The notes under the pieces: model-generated | What the model saw: the letters and a program-made list of their open reading frames with translations, nothing else | Databases searched by the model: none | Told to the model about the DNA's origin: nothing | Position numbers and translations under genes: made by a program | Shown here: piece after piece, positions 33,431 to 39,937 of the stretch | Position numbering within the stretch: the stretch's first letter is position 1 | How the letters are laid out: the number at the start of each line of letters is the position of its first letter | IMG/VR virus record: IMGVR_UViG_3300042310_000377 | Location: 1 to 39,937 of that record | Source: a virus | Lineage: Duplodnaviria; Caudoviricetes | DNA length: 39,937 nt | Strand: one strand, 5' to 3'

Positions 33431-35200
33431 GCAGCTACGCTAGATGCATCACTCAGGCTTGATTCCAGTCAGTTCACGTCTGGGCTGGATGCCTCCATGA
33501 AGAAAACGAATGCGGCGGTCTCAAAGATGTCGGCAGCGTTCTCTACGCTCAAAAACATCGCTGTAGGTGGTGCGATTGGATCAAGCTTTTTGGATGTAGC
33601 ACGAAATGTCGGCACTGCTTACCTTGAAGCTGAAAAGTTGCAAAACGCGCTAAAAGCAACAGCAGGAAGCGATGTTCTTGGGATGAAGCAATATGAGGAG
33701 CTGAGAAAACTGTCGTCTCAGATTGGGATAAATATGGAGTTGGCGGCAAAATCTTCTTTGCAGTTGCGAGCTGTAGGGATGACTGCCGTTCAATCGCTTA
33801 GCACCATTAAAACACTTCAAAACGCAATCCGTTCAACCGGCGGAGGAAGTGAAGAATTAAGCCGTTTACTTTATGGATTAAAACAGCTTTATGGTTCAGC
33901 AAAACCATTGCAGGAAGAAATCAATCAGATCAATGAAGCGTTTGCCCTTGCTCCAGCGTTGTTTAATAAAGCATTCGGAACAACCAGAGCGGAAGAACTT
34001 CAGAAATTAGGCTTAAGCGGTAAGCAGGTGGCGGAGGCATTGATTAAAATGGCCGAAGCACTTCCGCAGGTTGAGCGCGGGATGGGCGGCGCTATTGATA
34101 CGCTCAACGCAAGATTTAAAAATCTATTAGTAGTTACTGGGGAAGCAACATCTTCATTTGCTAAACCGGTTATTGAAGGAACCAATTTTGTATTAGCGTC
34201 TATTGATTTTTTGGTTAAAAGCAGACAAATTTTAAGCGACTACGAAAAAAAGAAAAAAGCAGGAGTTGATTTTGGTGTCGAAGATGAAGACAATCGAAAA
34301 ATTGCTCGTGCATTGGAAAGACAACAAAAAGCTGAAAAGGATCGACTACAGGCAATAATTGATGCGAAAAAACTCCAAGACTCGTTAAACGAAGGCAATG
34401 AAAAGAATCGAGAGCTGGATGCCATAAAGTGGCAGAATGAAGAGCGGTTTAACCAAGAAGACGCTGCCAAAAAGAAGCAAATACAAGACGACGCCAAGAA
34501 AGCAGCCGATCAAGCCATCTCCGATGCGAAAGAGCTGCTAAGCCTGCACGAGGACACGGTACGCAAAATCAAAAGCGTACAAGAGGCCGTGTACTCGGCT
34601 CAGCAGTCCATGGCCGGGTCTGATGCGGAAAAGCTGACCAATGCTCAAAAGGCACTGGAGGCAGAAGGCGATGTCTTGATGGGCGACGATCCGGGCGGGT
34701 TTGATAAACTGACCATGACGGCGTTCGAGGATGCAGTTAAAGCTGGACGCAACGTGACAGATAGCCAGATCGAGCAGTACAACCGGATCATTGCACTTAA
34801 AGAAGAGATCCTTGGGCTTGAAGAAAGCATTACAAACGAAGCCAAAAATGGAACCGCTGAACTGCGCGATCAGAACCGCGAAGCCGTTCAACGGTCAATT
34901 GAAAAGGCAGGCCGCACACCAGCGGAGAGAAAGCAGGAGATCCGGGACAATAACGACATGCAACGCCAACGCCGGAGAGCGTTCAATGACGACGTGCGGG
35001 ATGAAATGACTCGGCTTAAAAAAGAGGCTGAAGAAAAGAATAAGGGCAGGAATATTCTTGACCGGGAAAGAACGGATCGCGAAGCTTTTAAAGAAGCAGC
35101 AAAAGCAAACATTGCAAAAAAATGGCAGGATGCACTTCCTGAAGCAGCGCAAACATTGATCGACATTAAAGACATTCTAAAAGGCCTCGCAGCCGCTTAA
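33428..35200 (+). CDS. Tape measure protein
   Basis: LRLDSSQFTSGL N-terminus, tape-measure domain (EEINQINE), helical; follows G-T. Confidence 0.85.
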   Translation: MAATLDASLRLDSSQFTSGLDASMKKTNAAVSKMSAAFSTLKNIAVGGAIGSSFLDVARNVGTAYLEAEKLQNALKATAGSDVLGMKQYEELRKLSSQIGINMELAAKSSLQLRAVGMTAVQSLSTIKTLQNAIRSTGGGSEELSRLLYGLKQLYGSAKPLQEEINQINEAFALAPALFNKAFGTTRAEELQKLGLSGKQVAEALIKMAEALPQVERGMGGAIDTLNARFKNLLVVTGEATSSFAKPVIEGTNFVLASIDFLVKSRQILSDYEKKKKAGVDFGVEDEDNRKIARALERQQKAEKDRLQAIIDAKKLQDSLNEGNEKNRELDAIKWQNEERFNQEDAAKKKQIQDDAKKAADQAISDAKELLSLHEDTVRKIKSVQEAVYSAQQSMAGSDAEKLTNAQKALEAEGDVLMGDDPGGFDKLTMTAFEDAVKAGRNVTDSQIEQYNRIIALKEEILGLEESITNEAKNGTAELRDQNREAVQRSIEKAGRTPAERKQEIRDNNDMQRQRRRAFNDDVRDEMTRLKKEAEEKNKGRNILDRERTDREAFKEAAKANIAKKWQDALPEAAQTLIDIKDILKGLAAA

Positions 35201-35202
35201 CC

Positions 35203-35847
35203 ATGCCAACGCCACCAACAAATCACACGCATTGGCCGGGATCAACTGACCCAATTCTCGCCGAGAACGGCCTGCGATTGTCCGTGTCCGAAAGCGGATG
35301 GGACACGATGACATTGAAGTATTACGCGCGGACCGACACGCCAGCAACGTATGCGGCTACGCACTTCGCAACCGGGATGCAGCCAGCGTTCTATCCGAAC
35401 ATGTACTTCAACGGCGTCAGCATCACGCAGGAGGGGTCAAACATTTACTCGTTCGACGTGCAGGCGGCGGGCCTACTTGGCGCGCAGGCGGTGAAGCGCA
35501 CGGTGTCGAGCAAGATCCAGAGCTACAAGAGCGGACTAGGCACAGTGCCGGGCACAGGCAACACGGGCGAGATCCAAGGGCAATACATCAATCTTTCCTG
35601 CACGTTCCATCAAGTCACCGAGTTTTTTCCGAGTACAAACACACGACCCGAGAACGCCATTCCTCTCGGGCCGCTGCCACCGTATCCGACCAATCCTTTC
35701 ACGTCACTGCCGACAACTCCAGTCTACAACTTTCCCTTTGGCTGGATTCAAGATGGACTAGAGATCGAGACGATTAACGGCGACGGCGTGTCGATCTACT
35801 TGGTAAAGCAGTCAATGGTCTACATCTACGAATGGATGCCTGGTTGA
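35203..35847 (+). CDS. Distal tail/hub protein
   Basis: First gene after the TMP. Confidence 0.5.
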   Translation: MPTPPTNHTHWPGSTDPILAENGLRLSVSESGWDTMTLKYYARTDTPATYAATHFATGMQPAFYPNMYFNGVSITQEGSNIYSFDVQAAGLLGAQAVKRTVSSKIQSYKSGLGTVPGTGNTGEIQGQYINLSCTFHQVTEFFPSTNTRPENAIPLGPLPPYPTNPFTSLPTTPVYNFPFGWIQDGLEIETINGDGVSIYLVKQSMVYIYEWMPG

Positions 35848-35848
35848 T

Positions 35849-36727
35849 ATGCTGCCAGAACTTCCAGTCATCGACCCCAAGGTCAACGGCGGACGGTCGG
35901 GCTGGTTGCTCAACCGTCTGGTCGATCGCATAAAGATGCAGCGGCTACTCAGCTCGGAGACGGTCATCATCACCGAGACCAAGGACGGCCAGATTATCGA
36001 CCGGCTTGGCTCCGGCGGAGTGGCCGCTCCTTTCGCTTTGGGCTTCGCTGTGTCGCTCGACGGAACCAATGTGGTAGTCGCACCCGGAAAGTTGATGTAC
36101 CCGCTGTGGGGTGCTATTGTAGGCGATAATCCAACGCCGGGCGACTGGCAGCGAGAAGTGAACTATATCGGCGGCAGTCTGAGCGGCACAGTGACACAAG
36201 TCTGGCTTAGCGTGCTGTGGTCGGAAAGCGACACCACCACGACTGGGCCGCTCGGCACAACCACCTACAACATTTCGGGGGCTGCGGGAGGTCGAGGCGG
36301 CGGCGGCGGCGGCGGTGGTGCGGACAGCGGAGTGTACCCAGATATTGTAGGAAGAGATGGCTCCGGCGGAGACAGCGGAGACTTCACCGGGATCGGTGGG
36401 CAAGGAGGCATTGTCGAGGATATTATCACAACCCCACCAACTAGGGTGACCGGGCTCGGCAACAGTTATGGCGCCAGCGGGGGTGCGGGTGGCTACGGCG
36501 GCGCCGGGGGCGAGGGTGGCAGCGTTACCTTTACTCGTGCGACCAAGGCGACCGCGCAGATCCGCAAGTGGAGCATCAACGGCATTTCGCTACACGCGGC
36601 CCAAGGCACATCGAGCGAGGCAAACTCGTGGATTCAATTGGCGACTATTAGCGGCACCAGTATCACGCAGCACGTGGTGGGCACTATCTCGATCACACCA
36701 CCGGCAATCACCTTTATCATCGCCTAA
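35849..36727 (+). CDS. Glycine-rich tail-tip protein, paralogue 1
   Basis: Poly-Gly core; shared termini. Confidence 0.65.
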   Translation: MLPELPVIDPKVNGGRSGWLLNRLVDRIKMQRLLSSETVIITETKDGQIIDRLGSGGVAAPFALGFAVSLDGTNVVVAPGKLMYPLWGAIVGDNPTPGDWQREVNYIGGSLSGTVTQVWLSVLWSESDTTTTGPLGTTTYNISGAAGGRGGGGGGGGADSGVYPDIVGRDGSGGDSGDFTGIGGQGGIVEDIITTPPTRVTGLGNSYGASGGAGGYGGAGGEGGSVTFTRATKATAQIRKWSINGISLHAAQGTSSEANSWIQLATISGTSITQHVVGTISITPPAITFIIA

Positions 36728-37615
36728 TGCTGCCGGACATTCCCAACTTCAATCTTGGCGACGTGTACGTTCTGACTGGCAAAACGCTGGAGAAGATCGT
36801 GCGGCGAATCAAGATGCAAACGCCAATTGAAGGCGCCAACATCCGGCTAGAGGAAACAAATGCCGGGATTCTCCTTCATGCCGACCAAGAGACGCAACCA
36901 GCGCCGGCGGTCACCATTAACCACGATTTCAAGGCGTCACTGCCTGCCACCAACGCGCTCGATATTACAGTGGGTCGAGTCATTGGCACTACATGGGGAA
37001 CGCCAACCATGAACAACCCCTTGCCGACTGACTGGCTGGCTGAGCAGTTTACTGTCGGACCGTCTACGCTGGCTGTGGCGGACGGACAAAGCGTGTGGCT
37101 GCGCATTCAGCTTTCGCAGACCGACGTAAACATGAGCGGCGCGCTTTCGGCTATAGGTGCGAGCAATTTGTCGGTCACGACCGGCGGCGGTGGTGCGGGT
37201 GGTGATGGTGGTGGCGGCGGCGCCGGTGGAGATGGTACGTCCGGATCTACTGGCGCAACCGGTCAGGCCGCATCGGGACGGACTGCTGGCAGTCCCGGCT
37301 ATTACACGCCTGGAGGAGTTAATTCGACATCAAACTCCGAATCAGGAACGCCAGCAGAAGGTGGATATGGGGGCAACGGAGCAGCAGGCGGAAACGGGCA
37401 GACAAAATCGTTTACTCACTACACAAATCTTTCAATGGTGTTCCGCCGTTGGCAGATCACGTCGGCCAGTCTTGAGGTTTATACAAATAAGCCCACATCC
37501 TCGCCAGCCACAAACATTTACGTCCGCATTGCATCACAAACGGGCGGCGTAGTCACTCAATATCATGCGGGCTCGTACCACGTAACGCTGCCAGCAGCTA
37601 CCTTTATCAGCTCCT

Positions 37616-37626
<11 letters not shown>
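36727..37626 (+). CDS. Glycine-rich tail-tip protein, paralogue 2
   Basis: Poly-Gly core; shared termini. Confidence 0.65.
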
Positions 37627-38491
<865 letters not shown>

Positions 38492-38493
38492 GA

Positions 38494-38516
38494 TTGACAT
38501 CCCGCCGCATTTTATG
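38494..38516 (+). promoter_or_regulatory. Late motif TTGACA-N13-TATG
   Basis: TTGACA 38494-99, ATG 38514. Confidence 0.75.
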
Positions 38517-39266
38517 CCGAACATCTTCGCGTTGACGCTTAAAGCGCAAAACAGCTATCCGGGCAACTCGGTCATTCCCTCCGCAACTCAGCAAGTGCCG
38601 GACTCGGTCGTGCGTGAAGAAGGTTTGATTTCTGGTGTGTTTGAGGTGTACGGAAACAGCACCACGAGCGCCAACACGCTCGCTACCAGCGGCACAACGG
38701 TCAATTCGGTGCTTGCAGGGGGGACGGCGGTCGCGCTTACGAATCCAATCACGAATGCTACCCTGGCGTTCAACTACTGGCGCGGACTTTATGTCACCGT
38801 GACCCGCCGCGACCCAGCAGTGGCTCCTACCTCAGTCCGTCCGACTGCAACCTCTACGACCTCGCTGGCCATCGAGGTGGCATCCAAGAGCTTTACCGTA
38901 GCAGCCGGACTTGGCTACATCGTCGGGCAACGGGTGCGCGCTACATCGGCGGCCAACGCTGCAAACTTTATGGAAGGCGTTGTCAGCAGCTACAGCTCGA
39001 CCACGCTGGCAGTTGCGGTAGACACGATTGGCGGCACTGGCACTCTGGCCGACTGGACTATCACCGGCCTGATCTGCGCTCAGATCAAAAGCGACGGGTT
39101 TGGTGGAGTGGTGACAAACACGTCGGTTCCATTGCCGATTTACGAGGGCGGTTCATTCATCTACAGCACGCCGACCGGCAGGAAGTCGGCAACCTCTCAA
39201 ACGCTGACCGTTCTTCTTAACGGAACAACCGGCCTCAACGTCAACATCTTGGTTCTAGGCTCCTAA
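38514..39266 (+). CDS. Virion protein with an inserted ~70-aa beta domain
   Basis: Thr/Ser-rich; insert resembles the tailspike repeats. Confidence 0.6.
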   Translation: MPNIFALTLKAQNSYPGNSVIPSATQQVPDSVVREEGLISGVFEVYGNSTTSANTLATSGTTVNSVLAGGTAVALTNPITNATLAFNYWRGLYVTVTRRDPAVAPTSVRPTATSTTSLAIEVASKSFTVAAGLGYIVGQRVRATSAANAANFMEGVVSSYSSTTLAVAVDTIGGTGTLADWTITGLICAQIKSDGFGGVVTNTSVPLPIYEGGSFIYSTPTGRKSATSQTLTVLLNGTTGLNVNILVLGS

Positions 39267-39270
39267 TCTT

Positions 39271-39753
39271 ATGCCATCCACATTCAAACTTTCCACGCTG
39301 CTCCAGAACTCCTATGCAGCCAGCGCCGTTCGCGCTCCGATCCGGCATTCGGTGCCAGACATCAATGTTTCACTGGCCGATCAATGGAGCGTTGCGGCTG
39401 AGTTCACCGCCGCTTCTGCTAATACGATCACGATTGGAACAAGCGCCGCCAACATCACGGTAAACAGCGTTGTGCAGCTCGACCCGATCACACGCGCGAC
39501 CATCGTTCCTGCGCGGGTTCTGGGCTACATCATTTCGGTGGCAGGCCCGGCCAGCGGCTCCGTTGCGGTGGCCTGCACTGCATTCGGAAAGATCACGTTT
39601 TCGTCGATCAATGTTGGCGTCGGAGGAGTGCTGAACATTTACAACCCGAATGCGGGCAACGCAGCAGCCACCGAGGTCTTGACTATCACGCCTCCTGCCA
39701 CTGGCTACACAGTCAGCGTTGTCGCTTACGGTTCCGCGACTGTACTTCCATAA
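39271..39753 (+). CDS. Virion protein, paralogue of the previous gene lacking the insert
   Basis: MP..F.L....QNSY...VPD and PIT.AT motifs shared. Confidence 0.6.
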   Translation: MPSTFKLSTLLQNSYAASAVRAPIRHSVPDINVSLADQWSVAAEFTAASANTITIGTSAANITVNSVVQLDPITRATIVPARVLGYIISVAGPASGSVAVACTAFGKITFSSINVGVGGVLNIYNPNAGNAAATEVLTITPPATGYTVSVVAYGSATVLP

Positions 39754-39761
39754 CCCTCCAA

Positions 39762-39826
39762 TACTGCGCTCGGTAGCGTGCGAAATCATAGTATCGCATG
39801 CCGGTTCGACTCCGGCGCAGTAGCCA
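39762..39826 (+). ncRNA. tRNA-like element lacking a D-arm (CAT in central loop, CCA end)
   Basis: TACTGCG/CGCAGTA-G-CCA acceptor, CCGG-TTCGACT-CCGG T-arm, GTGCGA/TCGCAT stem. Confidence 0.55.
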
Positions 39827-39937
39827 TTGACAGACGGAATGCGAACAAGACATGGAACCATCTGTCACGCGCGAACAACTTCAGGATCTTGAGTCAAAGC
39901 TCAAGATTCTCGACTTGGTGGTCAAACTAGGCTGGGC

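Noticed and set aside
39800-39826. tRNA 3' end as an attP core
   Set aside because: No tyrosine or serine integrase is recognisable anywhere in the genome; the matching 5' acceptor strand is also present
39811-39937. 127-bp terminal repeat as a biological DTR
   Set aside because: Its length equals a standard k-mer and it cuts through a gene and the tRNA-like element; this indicates circular assembly

Overview
Apparently complete, circularly assembled ~39.8 kb tailed-phage genome (1-127 = 39811-39937, most likely an assembler overlap). It has a lambda-like siphovirus layout. Lysis genes and tailspike/fibre genes (1-7.7 kb) are followed by an early region of small ORFs with ParB-like and DHFR genes (7.8-13.6 kb). 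Replication genes (SSB-like, exonuclease, Pif1-like helicase, primase-helicase, probable ori) occupy 13.7-19.8 kb, then a short minus-strand unit with an XRE HTH gene. An HTH/RuvC/terminase block and head-tail genes with a lambda-type GGGAAAG frameshift complete the genome. I found no integrase, RNA/DNA polymerase, RT or CRISPR. The most striking signal is a fixed-distance TTGACA-N13-Y|A(T/A)G motif in front of eight late/structural starts, including an internal scaffold start. It cannot be a normal sigma70 promoter and suggests an unusual leaderless late-promoter system, whereas early promoters are ordinary TTGACG-N16/17-TANNNT. Also notable: a D-arm-less tRNA-like element at the junction, a DHFR fused to a MazG-like domain, PilC/GspF-N-like small repeats, and several unannotated short ORFs and paralogue families. 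All protein calls come from motif recognition by eye; no searches were run.
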